Notes: generated from the sequence alone by a model not told the origin. Positions 36,581 through 45,456 are shown, numbered from the stretch's first letter. The stretch: 53,623 nt of DNA from a virus (IMGVR_UViG_3300036784_000353:1-53623); one strand, 5' to 3'. Numbers and translations: made by a program.

Positions 36581-36955
36581 ATGTCAGCCTCTCTCCGCCT
36601 GAAGCTTCAGGCGTCATCTCTCAACGCAACCATCCTTGCGATCGTGACCGCCCTCGCGGGCATGGTCGCCGGCCTCGGCGTCATCGACTCCGCCCAGCAG
36701 GGGCTGATCGTCGCCGCAACCACCGGCGGGATCGCCGCCGCTGGCCTGATCGCGAACGCGATCCACAGCGGCAAGATCGAACCGTCGGCGATCGTCACGT
36801 CCATCATCGTCGTCGCCGGCCAGGTCGTCTCGCTGGTCGTGTCGTTCGCGCTGATCGACAACCAGGAAGCCGGGACGATCATCTCGATCGTCACCGCTGT
36901 CGTCGGCGCTGCCGCAGTCATCGCGCACGCCCTGGTCAGCCGCCAGACCGCCTGA
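36581..36955 (+). CDS. Probable holin (4 TM, internal duplication)
   Basis: GAAAGGA RBS; two similar halves (..GVIDSAQQGLI..IANAI / ..ALIDNQEAGTI..IAHAL). Confidence 0.7.
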   Translation: MSASLRLKLQASSLNATILAIVTALAGMVAGLGVIDSAQQGLIVAATTGGIAAAGLIANAIHSGKIEPSAIVTSIIVVAGQVVSLVVSFALIDNQEAGTIISIVTAVVGAAAVIAHALVSRQTA

Positions 36956-36969
36956 CCAACCGCTGACCA

Positions 36970-36998
36970 CGCCCGGGGCCCCGCGTGGGCCCCGGGCG
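36970..36998 (+). terminator. Strong GC hairpin after the holin
   Basis: CGCCCGGGGCCC-CGCGT-GGGCCCCGGGCG 12-bp stem; weak U tract. Confidence 0.6.
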
Positions 36999-37036
36999 CT
37001 TCCCGCCTGCTCAACCCGACCCGAAGGAGAACCCCT

Positions 37037-37825
37037 ATGCCTGCCCATCCTCTGCGTGCCCACGGCATGAAGCTCGGCCGCTCCGAGCGCTCCCCCAAGC
37101 CGAAGATCAACGTCCGCGACTTCATCGACATCGAGAAGGCCAAGAGCTCCTGGCCGGTCGCCGAGGAGGCCTCTGTCGACTACTCCACGCTCGTCTCGAG
37201 CTGGCCGATGTTCCTCAACGACCAGCTCGGCGACTGCACGTGCGCGGGCGCCGCGCACGCCGTCCAGCTGTTCCACGCGATGGCCGGCGAGCAGTTCACC
37301 GTCGCCGACAGCGACGTCGAGCGGATGTACGAGCAGTCCGGGTACGTGCCCGGCAAGCCCGAAACCGACCAGGGCTGGACGCTCGCCGCCGCAGCCGACT
37401 ACCTGCGGACGGTGGGCCTGCAGGGCAAACCCGACATCGAGGCGGAGGCCGAGGTGTCCGTCGACGACGAGGACGCCGAGCAGGTCGCGCTCGAGCTGTT
37501 CGGCTGCCTGTACGAGGGGATGGAATGCCCCGAATCGGCGCTGCAGCAGGCGCAGGAAGGCAAGCCGTGGTCCGTCGTGAAGGGCTCGCCGATCGACGGC
37601 GGCCACTGCGTCATCCGGCCGAAGGCGACGCTCCGCAAGGGCGCTCTCCACATCACGTGGGGCACCGCGATCCCGGCGACCGAGGAGTTCGACAAGGAGT
37701 ACTTCGACGAATACATGGTGTTCGTCCCGAAGGACTGGGAAAGCAAGCTCCCGGAGCAGATCCTGCAGCTCGGGATCGTCGACTTCTCGAAGCTCGCCGC
37801 GCTCGTCGACGGGTTCCAGGCATGA
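37037..37825 (+). CDS. Papain-like (C1-related) cysteine peptidase
   Basis: NDQLGDCTCA catalytic Cys, DQG, GGHCV His, ITWG. Confidence 0.75.
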   Translation: MPAHPLRAHGMKLGRSERSPKPKINVRDFIDIEKAKSSWPVAEEASVDYSTLVSSWPMFLNDQLGDCTCAGAAHAVQLFHAMAGEQFTVADSDVERMYEQSGYVPGKPETDQGWTLAAAADYLRTVGLQGKPDIEAEAEVSVDDEDAEQVALELFGCLYEGMECPESALQQAQEGKPWSVVKGSPIDGGHCVIRPKATLRKGALHITWGTAIPATEEFDKEYFDEYMVFVPKDWESKLPEQILQLGIVDFSKLAALVDGFQA

Positions 37826-38004
37826 CGACAGCGGAACTCATCGAGCAGGTCACCGAGCTGGCCGCCGCGGACGTCGAGGCGCTCAAAACGACGGTCGCCG
37901 GCGGCACGCCGATCACGCTCGAGCAAGGCGAAGGGCTGTTCGACACGGTCTGCGCGCTCGACGTCCTGCACGAAGTCCAGACCAAGTACGGGGGCACGTC
38001 ATGA
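37822..38004 (+). CDS. Small hypothetical protein
   Basis: ATGA overlaps on both sides. Confidence 0.6.
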   Translation: MTTAELIEQVTELAAADVEALKTTVAGGTPITLEQGEGLFDTVCALDVLHEVQTKYGGTS

Positions 38005-39065
38005 GACGGCTCGGGATCGCGCCTGCTTCCGCACGGGAGCAGGCGCAGCACCTACAGAGCGGCGGCGAAGGCTTCCAGGCCCTCCCGCCGCGCCCGGCCG
38101 GGGCGCTCCGGCGGACGAGCGCCGAACTCGAGATCCCGGCCAGCGAACGCATGGGCCGCACCTTTCACGTGCTCGCCGACACCGGCGGCGTGAAGGAACC
38201 CGCCCCGCAGCTCGCGGTCTCGAAGGCGATGGCCGCCGATCTGAGCGCGCGCCCCGACGTCGCGTTCGCATGGCACGTCGGCGACATCGACTACTTCACC
38301 GGCGAACCCCCCGAATACGGGCCGCAGTTCTACGAGGCGTACGCCGGCTACAACCGGCACATCCTCGGGATCCCCGGCAACCACGACGGGGAGGGCGGCG
38401 ACCAGCTCGCCGCGTTCATGACGAACCTGTGCGCCAGCACGCCCCAGCTGCTGCCGCAGTTCGCCGAGTACAACCGCGACACGATCACCCAGCCCTACTG
38501 CTACTGGACGCTGCTCGACCCGGCCGTGACGATCATCGGCCTCTACAGCAACGTACCGTCGGGCGGCGAGATCCAGGCCGACCAGGCGGAATGGCTCGCG
38601 GGCGAGCTGAAGGCCGCCCCGGCCGGGAAGCCGCTGATCGTGTCGCTGCATCACCCGCCGTACTCGATCGACGCTCACCACGGCGGCAGCCAGCGGATGG
38701 GCGAACTGCTCGACAAGGCGTTCGAGGCGGCCGGCCGCTGCCCGAACATCGTGCTCTCAGGGCATGTCCACGACTACCAGCGCTTCACCCGCAAGTTCTG
38801 GGAACGCGAGATCACGTACCTCGTCGTCGGCAACGGCGGCTACCACAACCTGCACGAGCTCGCCCCCGGCGCGACGCCCGGCGAGGAAGTCACGAAGGAC
38901 GTCGTCTACGAGTACGGCGACGCCTCGAGCTGGGGCTTCCTGCGGCTCACCGTCGAGTCCCAGGACGGCGTCGACAACGTCATCCAGGGCGAGTACGTGC
39001 AAGTCGCCAAGGACGGCACCGTCACGCCCGGTGCCGACAAGTTCACGCTCAACGGGCCATTCTGA
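38001..39065 (+). CDS. Metallophosphoesterase (purple acid phosphatase-like)
   Basis: DTG, GDIDY, PGNHD, HHPPY, GHVH motifs. Confidence 0.9.
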   Translation: MRRLGIAPASAREQAQHLQSGGEGFQALPPRPAGALRRTSAELEIPASERMGRTFHVLADTGGVKEPAPQLAVSKAMAADLSARPDVAFAWHVGDIDYFTGEPPEYGPQFYEAYAGYNRHILGIPGNHDGEGGDQLAAFMTNLCASTPQLLPQFAEYNRDTITQPYCYWTLLDPAVTIIGLYSNVPSGGEIQADQAEWLAGELKAAPAGKPLIVSLHHPPYSIDAHHGGSQRMGELLDKAFEAAGRCPNIVLSGHVHDYQRFTRKFWEREITYLVVGNGGYHNLHELAPGATPGEEVTKDVVYEYGDASSWGFLRLTVESQDGVDNVIQGEYVQVAKDGTVTPGADKFTLNGPF

Positions 39066-39235
39066 TGAGCGCCTACACGCTCGCCCACGTCGAATGGGAC
39101 GGCGTCTGGAAGACCGGGAAGGTCTGGACGCTGTCCCACGGCCAGACCGTCACGAAGACCTGGTACTGGGCACCACTCGCCTGGGTGCGCGTCTCGTGCC
39201 TTCTCCACGGCTACGGCTGGCCGCCCGCCAAGTAG
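39065..39235 (+). CDS. Small Trp-rich hypothetical protein
   Basis: TGATG coupling. Confidence 0.5.
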   Translation: MSAYTLAHVEWDGVWKTGKVWTLSHGQTVTKTWYWAPLAWVRVSCLLHGYGWPPAK

Positions 39236-39363
39236 CCAATGGCCCGGGTGACGTGTGGCGCGGCGGTCGCACTGGTCCTCGCTGATGCCGTGTACCGGCG
39301 GTGGCTGCGGGGCCCGGTCCGGCGGTATCTCGGGATCACGCCCCGCTAGCTCGAGAAGCTCGC

Positions 39364-39429
39364 CCGTCTTCGGACGGAAGACGCCAGTGCGGCGTGCTCG
39401 GCGTCGGTCCGTGCGACCTGCGCACAACC
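39364..39429 (+). ncRNA. Putative structured cis-regulatory RNA leader of the rlpA-like gene
   Basis: Three consecutive hairpins: CCGTC-TTCG-GACGG, GACGCC..GGCGTC, GTGCG-ACCTG-CGCAC, directly before GGGAGGT RBS. Confidence 0.45.
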
Positions 39430-39447
39430 AGTAGGGAGGTTCGATGC

Positions 39448-39870
39448 ATCCGACTGTTCGCTCTCGTCACCGCTCTCGCCGCGTTTCATGCGCCGGCGAT
39501 TCATAGACAGGCACCCCACCGCGTCTGCCGCACTCTGCGCTGCGATCGGCTGTGGACGAAACACCATCCTTCGCGTCCTCATCTCAGCGAAGCCGTTGCT
39601 AGCTGGTACGGCCCGGCGGATAGCGGCGGCCCACTCGCGTGTGGCGGCGGCAGTCTCACGAGCTCGACGCTCGGCGTAGCAAGCAAGACGCTCCCGTGTG
39701 GCGCCCGGGTCCGGGTTTGTCTCAACCGCTCTGGACCGTGTGTGGACGTGCGCGTGATCGACCGTGGGCCGTATGTCGAAGGGCGCTCGTTTGATCTCAC
39801 TGAAGCAACCGCCCGGCGGATTGGATTCCTCTCGCGCGGCGTCGGATCGATCTGGTATCACGTCGGCTAG
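39448..39870 (+). CDS. RlpA-like (DPBB) lytic transglycosylase, secreted; start codon non-canonical or uncertain
   Basis: ASWYGP..ACG..VASKTLPCG..V..VRVIDRGPY..GR.FDL...A..IG; signal-like IRLFALVTALAAF. Confidence 0.88.
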   Translation: MRLFALVTALAAFHAPAIHRQAPHRVCRTLRCDRLWTKHHPSRPHLSEAVASWYGPADSGGPLACGGGSLTSSTLGVASKTLPCGARVRVCLNRSGPCVDVRVIDRGPYVEGRSFDLTEATARRIGFLSRGVGSIWYHVG

Positions 39871-39892
39871 CAGCCGGTCGCCTATCGTCCCC

Positions 39893-39931
39893 CAGAAGCC
39901 CCGTCAGCCCTTGTGGTCGGCGGGGCTTCTG
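39893..39931. terminator. Intrinsic terminator ending the late operon (possibly bidirectional)
   Basis: CAGAAGCCCCG...CGGGGCTTCTG inverted repeat followed by TGCGT. Confidence 0.75.
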
Positions 39932-40274
39932 TGCGTCAAGGCCTCGGTGCCCGAAGTGATTGACATGCGAACGATCTCACGATAGGAATCGCTTTCAAGG
40001 GACGTGTGGCGGCGACCCCTACGGGACCAGCCAATGCGGGGAGAGGGGTGCAGCATGGAGGCTGATGCGCGGAACGGTTCCGTCCGGACGCGAACTAGTG
40101 TTCGTAGTCCCGCTGGCGAGGACCGCCGGGGCGGGGCTCTCGCTGGAGGGATTGAAGCGGTCGATGGACTGGAGGACCGGATGGATCAGCGGCCGATCGT
40201 GCAGCTACACGAGGGGGGCGACTCCGAGGCGGTCGAGCGCTGGGAGGCTCACGCCGCGCATGACGTCGGGGTCC

Positions 40275-40727
40275 TCATCGGCGCCTATCTTTCACAGCAC
40301 GCGCCGCCGCCGGGTTCCGTGCTTGCTCTGCGGCTAGGGCGCTCATCGCAAGCTCTTCAAACGACTGGCCAGCTTGGTCTAGGTCGCCTGGGGCGCCGGC
40401 GTCTGAGGGCGATGTAGCGAGGACCGGGGCGGCGCGGGCGAGGTTCGCGAGCGCCGCCTCCCTTCCCACCTGCCACTCGTCGAACGCCTGGCGGGCCTTC
40501 GCGAGGGCGTAGGGCACGAACACCTGCCCCGCTGTCGTCAGCGCGGCACCGAGCAGCAAGATCGTGCGGTCGTCGGGTCTGCGGCCGTCTTTCATCTCGA
40601 GCGCCTCGATCGCTTCGGGCGAGATCCCCACGTCGCCGGTGCGGACGGTGAGCCGGGCCAGCGTGCTACGGCTGAGCTTCGCGGCAGTCCGCGCTTCTCG
40701 CAGCTCATGGCCAAAACGTCCTTCCAT
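40275..40727 (-). CDS. Immunity repressor (XRE-type HTH)
   Basis: FGHELREARTAAKLSRSTLA..GISPEAIEALE..P HTH; divergent from a cro-like gene. Confidence 0.78.
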   Translation of the reverse strand: MEGRFGHELREARTAAKLSRSTLARLTVRTGDVGISPEAIEALEMKDGRRPDDRTILLLGAALTTAGQVFVPYALAKARQAFDEWQVGREAALANLARAAPVLATSPSDAGAPGDLDQAGQSFEELAMSALAAEQARNPAAARAVKDRRR

Positions 40728-40757
40728 CCGTGGAAGTAAATCTTTTGCGCCATACCC

Positions 40758-40793
40758 TTGACAACCTACTCAAGTAGGCGTATTGTAGTAGGC
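40758..40793 (+). promoter_or_regulatory. Early lytic promoter with palindromic operator
   Basis: TTGACA(40758)-17 bp-TATTGT(40781); CCTACT-CA-AGTAGG palindrome in the spacer; extra AGTAGG half-site at 40787. Confidence 0.8.
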
Positions 40794-41003
40794 ATGTCAA
40801 CAAGGACCCCGCTGGACGTGGCGCTGTTCGAGGCTCACCGGACCAGCAGATCGCTCGCACGCGAGCTGAAGGTGCATGAGACGCAGGTGTCGCGGTGGCG
40901 CTCCGGTGTCCACACACCCGAGCCCGAGACGCAGAAGATGATCGCCGAGGCGCTCGGCCGCTCCGTAGATGAGCTGTGGCCCGACGAGAGGGCGGCCGCA
41001 TGA
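40794..41003 (+). CDS. Cro-like HTH regulator
   Basis: SLARELKVHETQVSRWRSG..P..IAEALG.SVDELW. Confidence 0.87.
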   Translation: MSTRTPLDVALFEAHRTSRSLARELKVHETQVSRWRSGVHTPEPETQKMIAEALGRSVDELWPDERAAA

Positions 41004-41185
41004 GCGCTGCAGAAACGACAGCGGTTTGGCTTGGGGCTTCCGCGCTCACCGGGCTGTTCGTGATGGGGATCGTGGAAACCGTGGCCGAACATGGCCACGG
41101 CTGGGTGGCCGCGATTATCTTCCCCGCGCTCCTGTGGACGGTCGGCCTGGTCGCGGCCCTCGTGGGCGATGGGGAAGGCGCGTGA
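41000..41185 (+). CDS. Small two-TM membrane protein (copy 1)
   Basis: Paralog of 47181-47366. Confidence 0.7.
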   Translation: MSAAETTAVWLGASALTGLFVMGIVETVAEHGHGWVAAIIFPALLWTVGLVAALVGDGEGA

Positions 41186-41364
41186 TGCACCAGTCCCCCG
41201 ACATGTTCCTCACGGGCTTCATCGAGCAGATTGCGATGTGGGCTGACGAAAATCTGTTCGGCCACGGCCTTAGCCACGACGAGTACGAGTCGCTGGCCGA
41301 GAAGCTGGCAGACGATCTACACGAGGCGGCCTACCAAACCCTTCTTGATAGGCCCGTCCGCTGA
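41185..41364 (+). CDS. Small hypothetical protein
   Basis: Coupled operon gene. Confidence 0.55.
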   Translation: MHQSPDMFLTGFIEQIAMWADENLFGHGLSHDEYESLAEKLADDLHEAAYQTLLDRPVR

Positions 41365-41720
41365 TGCCCGATCTTCCTGCGGGGCCTATCGGTCGGTGTC
41401 ACGCCTGCGGCGGTCCCTATGACGTCGACAGAACCTGCCGCTGCCTAGACGCGCTCGACCGCTTTCGCGAATCGATGGCGAGCGAGCTGCGTGCCAATGT
41501 CGAGAAGGGCGGTCGCGGCGGTCCCTACGGATGGCTGGGGATGACACCGGATCAGCGGATCGCGGAGCTGCTCTACCACGTCGCAAAGCTGACGTACGCG
41601 CAACGCCAGTTCCTGCAGGGGGACGGCGACGCTAGCGCGGTGCTTGAGTTCGCCGCCGACTGCGGGAACTGCGCGCTCATGGTGGTAGATGGGCTCGGGG
41701 TTCTTGGGGTGCGAGGGTGA
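41364..41720 (+). CDS. MazG-like nucleotide pyrophosphohydrolase-fold protein
   Basis: EL..HV.KL..EFAADCGNCALMV all-alpha NTP-PPase-like motif. Confidence 0.55.
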   Translation: MPDLPAGPIGRCHACGGPYDVDRTCRCLDALDRFRESMASELRANVEKGGRGGPYGWLGMTPDQRIAELLYHVAKLTYAQRQFLQGDGDASAVLEFAADCGNCALMVVDGLGVLGVRG

Positions 41721-42040
41721 ACACCAAACTGCCCACGGCCCACGACGCTGCGTACGTCAACGCAGAGACGGTCCGCCTGACGCTCGCGGCAGCGCTCGAC
41801 CACTGGGAGCGCGCTTCGTGCGACTGCTGCGCGCCCGCTGTCATCGACGAAGCGTTCGACCGCATCGGCTACGACGTGGCCTACTGGGAGCGGCTACGGC
41901 ACTTCGGGATAGAGCTCGCGAAGACCGCCGACAACGCGATCGACGCTGAGCGTGGGGACAAGCTGCAGGCTGCCGAGGCGGCTCAGCGGGAGACGGACCA
42001 CCACTTCGCTCTCTATAAGCGCATACGGAGGCAGCCGTGA
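41717..42040 (+). CDS. Hypothetical protein
   Basis: GTGA-coupled ORF. Confidence 0.6.
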   Translation: MNTKLPTAHDAAYVNAETVRLTLAAALDHWERASCDCCAPAVIDEAFDRIGYDVAYWERLRHFGIELAKTADNAIDAERGDKLQAAEAAQRETDHHFALYKRIRRQP

Positions 42041-42200
42041 CCTATGCGCTGTTCTTGGAGGCGCTGACCTCGACGGCCCTGAGCCACGACGAGCATTGCG
42101 AGTGCGACGTGTGCGAAGCAGCGGCGGGCGACAGGGACGCCCTACGGCGATGCCTCACGGCTTGGTCGCGTGCCGCCCGCTTGCAGGAGGCCCGCGCGTG

Positions 42201-42386
42201 ATGGCTGGTCTCCCTATCGAAGGCTGGGTTGGCTTGGCGTGCGGCGTCCTGTTCGTCGTGGTGTTGGCCTGTGAGGCGTGTAGGGCGTGGCGGGAGGCTG
42301 ATGTTGCGCGCGCCCGGGACATGGATGCGTTGCGTGCGGAGCAGCTCGCTGCGGAGGCCGAAAGGTGGCTGGCGACCCATGCCTAA
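42201..42386 (+). CDS. Small single-TM protein
   Basis: GGAGG RBS, N-terminal hydrophobic helix. Confidence 0.5.
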   Translation: MAGLPIEGWVGLACGVLFVVVLACEACRAWREADVARARDMDALRAEQLAAEAERWLATHA

Positions 42387-42972
42387 GGGCTCCCCACACG
42401 ACCCCGCTCTGCGGGTGCGGGCACGCGAGCTGCGCGCCGAGGGGTTGAAGTACAGGGAGATTGCCGAGCAGCTCGGTGTGCCGCGTGGAACGGCTTCGGG
42501 CTGGTGCCTTGACCCGGACGAACGGAAGCACCGTGCCCGGCTTGCGCGCTACGCGGGTGTGTGCGATCGCTGCCACGGCCCGACCAGTGCCAGCAACAGC
42601 CGCCTCGCATCGAAGACCTGTCAGGCCTGCCGGGAATGGCCGGATGAGGCGATCATTGCCGCAATCGGGGGTTGGGCTGCCAACCACGATGGGATGCCGC
42701 CGACCTGTACGGACTGGCGCATCGCACCGGACGGTTACCCCTCGACCGACACTGTGGTGAAGCGCTTGGGCTGGAACGAGGCGCTGCTGAAAGCCGGCTT
42801 TGAGCTACGGATGGATCGGCGCCCCGAGACGCAGACCGAGATGGAACAGATGCTCCGCGACGGGCTCTCTGTCCGCGAGATCGCAGAGCACTTCGGGTGG
42901 AGCACCGCGAACGTCTACGTGCGTCTCAAGACCCGCGGGCTCACCGTCCGTGACCTTCGGAGGGCCGCATGA
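42379..42972 (+). CDS. DNA-binding protein: HTH, zinc finger, homing-endonuclease-associated repeat, HTH
   Basis: GLKYREIAEQLGV, CDRC..CQAC, W..E.II.AI..W...PPT..W..PS..TV....WNEAL..AG, GLSVREIAEHFG. Confidence 0.72.
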   Translation: MPKGSPHDPALRVRARELRAEGLKYREIAEQLGVPRGTASGWCLDPDERKHRARLARYAGVCDRCHGPTSASNSRLASKTCQACREWPDEAIIAAIGGWAANHDGMPPTCTDWRIAPDGYPSTDTVVKRLGWNEALLKAGFELRMDRRPETQTEMEQMLRDGLSVREIAEHFGWSTANVYVRLKTRGLTVRDLRRAA

Positions 42973-43175
42973 TCGAGCGCGTCTCCAACCTCTTGCGGCG
43001 ACGGTACGCCGAACAGCCCAAGTTCGACACCGGGGAGCCCGTCCGTCCCCGGCTGGGGATCGACGAGCGGCGTGTTCGCGACCAGCTTCGGCCGCACACA
43101 GGACAGGTTTCTGCCGCGCACATAAAAGCGCCGGCGCGGATTACGGCCGCCCGGCGCGTGTCCCGAGGAGAGTGA
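42969..43175 (+). CDS. Hypothetical protein
   Basis: ATGA-coupled with GGAGG RBS. Confidence 0.5.
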   Translation: MIERVSNLLRRRYAEQPKFDTGEPVRPRLGIDERRVRDQLRPHTGQVSAAHIKAPARITAARRVSRGE

Positions 43176-43182
43176 ACCCCCG

Positions 43183-43449
43183 ATGGGAACCATCCAATCT
43201 AGCGCACCGTCACCGAGGGAAGTGGATGCTGCGGAGGCGGTGATCGCGGAGGGCCACGGCATGAAGGCCGACGGCTATTTCAGGGCCATGGCGGAGTCTG
43301 CGCTTGAAGCTGCCCGGGATGCTGCGCTTGCCGAGTTCGTGCGGGAGACAGACAGCATGTTCGAGCGTCGCATGGGTCACGCGAAAGACGCTGAGGAAGG
43401 CGACGCCTTCGACCGGCTCGATGCTGGCACCGGACAGGGGCGCAGGTAA
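43183..43449 (+). CDS. Hypothetical protein
   Basis: GAGGAG RBS; coupled to the recombinase. Confidence 0.55.
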   Translation: MGTIQSSAPSPREVDAAEAVIAEGHGMKADGYFRAMAESALEAARDAALAEFVRETDSMFERRMGHAKDAEEGDAFDRLDAGTGQGRR

Positions 43450-44234
43450 TGAGCGCCACCGTTACCGACAACGGCACCGAGCAGGCTGTGTTCCCGCTCG
43501 ACAGCTACCGCGAGGCGGCGCGCTACCTTCGCCGCCCGTTCGCCCCTGCGGCGATCAAGTTCAAGGTGCAGGCGACTTGGCCGAAGGACGATCCGAAGAA
43601 CGCGCTGGTTGTCAGCTACATGGATGCCCGGCTCGTCGTGGATCGCCTCAATCTTGTGGTCCCGCACTTGTGGTTCGACGAGTACGAGCCCGCTGGCCAG
43701 AACCTGCTGTGCAGGCTGACGGTCGATGGCGTGACCCGACGCGACATCGGCGAAGGCACCGGGAAGGCCCTGTACTCGGATGCGTTGAAGCGCGCGGCGG
43801 TGAAGTTCGGTATCGGCGTGTCGCTGTACGCGGTCCCGAAGATGATCTTGAAGGGCAGCGACGTGAAGGGCACGGTCGCGAACGGCAAGAAGTCCCTCGC
43901 GATGACCTCGGACGGCGAACGGACCGTCCGCGCGATCTACGAGACGTGGCTCACCGACCACGGCAGCCAGGCGTTCGGGGAGCCGTTGGATCACGGTGAC
44001 GTGGAGGGCGCCCAGGGCGATTATGAGGCCGAGGTTGAGCCCGCCGAGGCGGCCCGGCCGAGCGCCGACCGGCTCCTGACCGACGACGAGCGCGACAAGG
44101 TGCTGAAGGCGGTCGAGGGCTCCGGGCAGAGGCTCGACCTTCTGCTCGCCGCGCTGGGGATCGAGACGGCTGCCGAGCTGAGCACGTCGCACGCGTTCGA
44201 GATCCGCGCCCGGCTCGACGAGGCGAAGCCATGA
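43449..44234 (+). CDS. Rad52/Sak-family single-strand annealing recombinase
   Basis: YMDARLVVDRLN, CRLTV.GVTR.D.G, KALYSDALKRAAVKFGIG..LY. Confidence 0.88.
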   Translation: MSATVTDNGTEQAVFPLDSYREAARYLRRPFAPAAIKFKVQATWPKDDPKNALVVSYMDARLVVDRLNLVVPHLWFDEYEPAGQNLLCRLTVDGVTRRDIGEGTGKALYSDALKRAAVKFGIGVSLYAVPKMILKGSDVKGTVANGKKSLAMTSDGERTVRAIYETWLTDHGSQAFGEPLDHGDVEGAQGDYEAEVEPAEAARPSADRLLTDDERDKVLKAVEGSGQRLDLLLAALGIETAAELSTSHAFEIRARLDEAKP

Positions 44235-45067
44235 GCGCCAAGACCGTCGAGCGGGAGTTCACCGAGTACCCCGCCTTCACCGTGGAGTACATGCCCAACT
44301 CGCACCGCTACGCACTCATCCGGGGGCAGGAGCGGATCCCTGCGATCAGCGTCACGTCGGCGCTGAAGGTGATCGACAAGCCCGCTTTGCTTGGCTGGGC
44401 GGAGCGGTGCGGCGTGGAAGGCGCGCTTCGCCTGGAGCGCGCTGGCTCACTCATCTACCCGGACGGCGGCCGGGTCGCGGTTGAGGATGCGATCAGCATG
44501 GTCCGCCAGACCGGCCAGGGGGCGGACGCCCGGAGGGACGCGGGTGGCGAGCGCGGGAACGCAATCCACGAGGCGCTGAGGCTGTACAACGAGCTGGGGG
44601 ACGTGCCGAAGCTCGGCGACTTCGACCCGGAGGTCCGGGGCTACGTCCAGGGCTTGTGCCGCTGGCTGTTGGCGAGCCGGCCGGAGCCGATCCTGGTCGA
44701 GCAGGTGGTCGGGTCGATGACACACGGCTATGCGGGCCGGTTCGACTTGCTGGCTGACATCGACGGGCAGAAAGTCCTTGTGGATCTGAAGACGGCTGCC
44801 CGTACCTACGTGGAGCAGCACCTGCAGATCGCCGCCTACATGCACGCGCTCGTCGAGTGCCACGGAGGCGAGGACTCCGAGGTCTACGCGGACAAGGGGC
44901 TGATCCTGCTCGTCGGCGCCGACGGGACGTTCGCTGCGCATGACTGCCGGGCGGACGCCAAGGACTTTCTCGCGGTCCTCGCCTGCAACCGTGCCGTGGC
45001 CCGTGTGCGTAACGCACTCAATGCCGCACGGGCAGTCGAGAAGCAGGCAGTGGAGGCAGCGGCATGA
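44231..45067 (+). CDS. PD-(D/E)XK (Cas4/RecB-like) exonuclease
   Basis: SVT.L..IDKPAL..WA, RG.AIH, YAGRFD, LVDLKT, LQIAAY. Confidence 0.85.
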   Translation: MSAKTVEREFTEYPAFTVEYMPNSHRYALIRGQERIPAISVTSALKVIDKPALLGWAERCGVEGALRLERAGSLIYPDGGRVAVEDAISMVRQTGQGADARRDAGGERGNAIHEALRLYNELGDVPKLGDFDPEVRGYVQGLCRWLLASRPEPILVEQVVGSMTHGYAGRFDLLADIDGQKVLVDLKTAARTYVEQHLQIAAYMHALVECHGGEDSEVYADKGLILLVGADGTFAAHDCRADAKDFLAVLACNRAVARVRNALNAARAVEKQAVEAAA

Positions 45068-45456
45068 GCGGCAACGCCAACCCGTTCGACTTCACCGAAG
45101 CGAAGGCTGCGGCCCGGAAGGCATCGGAGTCTCAGGCTGCGACGGAGAACGCGATGCTCGACCAGGCGCGCAAGCGTGCCGCCGCAGAGCAGGCATACCG
45201 GGTGGCGCTCGCGAAGCGCATCCTCAAGGCGCACGAGGAAGGCATCGCGTGGAGTGTGTGCTCGGACATCGCAAGGGGCGACCAGGGGGTCGCGGCGCTC
45301 CGCTACGAGCGGGATGTCGCCGATGGTGTCGCCGAGGCGCTGTCGCAGGCGGGGTGGCGTCATGCGGCGGACCGAAAGGACCTCCAGCGTCTCATTGCGT
45401 GGAGCGAGAGGGTCGCACCCGATGGGCAATTCGACCGCATCGGGCGGGCGGCATGA
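45064..45456 (+). CDS. Hypothetical coiled-coil protein
   Basis: GGAGG RBS, ATGA coupling. Confidence 0.65.
   Translation: MSGNANPFDFTEAKAAARKASESQAATENAMLDQARKRAAAEQAYRVALAKRILKAHEEGIAWSVCSDIARGDQGVAALRYERDVADGVAEALSQAGWRHAADRKDLQRLIAWSERVAPDGQFDRIGRAA

Noticed and set aside
39960-40417. TTGACA promoter and a + strand ORF overlapping the repressor 3' end
   Set aside because: The -10 match is poor and the ORF has no recognisable motif; a small gene from ATG 40181 (GGAGG RBS) or an antisense RNA is possible but unsupported.
44231-45067. Cas4-like nuclease as evidence for CRISPR-Cas
   Set aside because: Stand-alone PD-(D/E)XK exonuclease next to Sak, a normal phage recombination pair.
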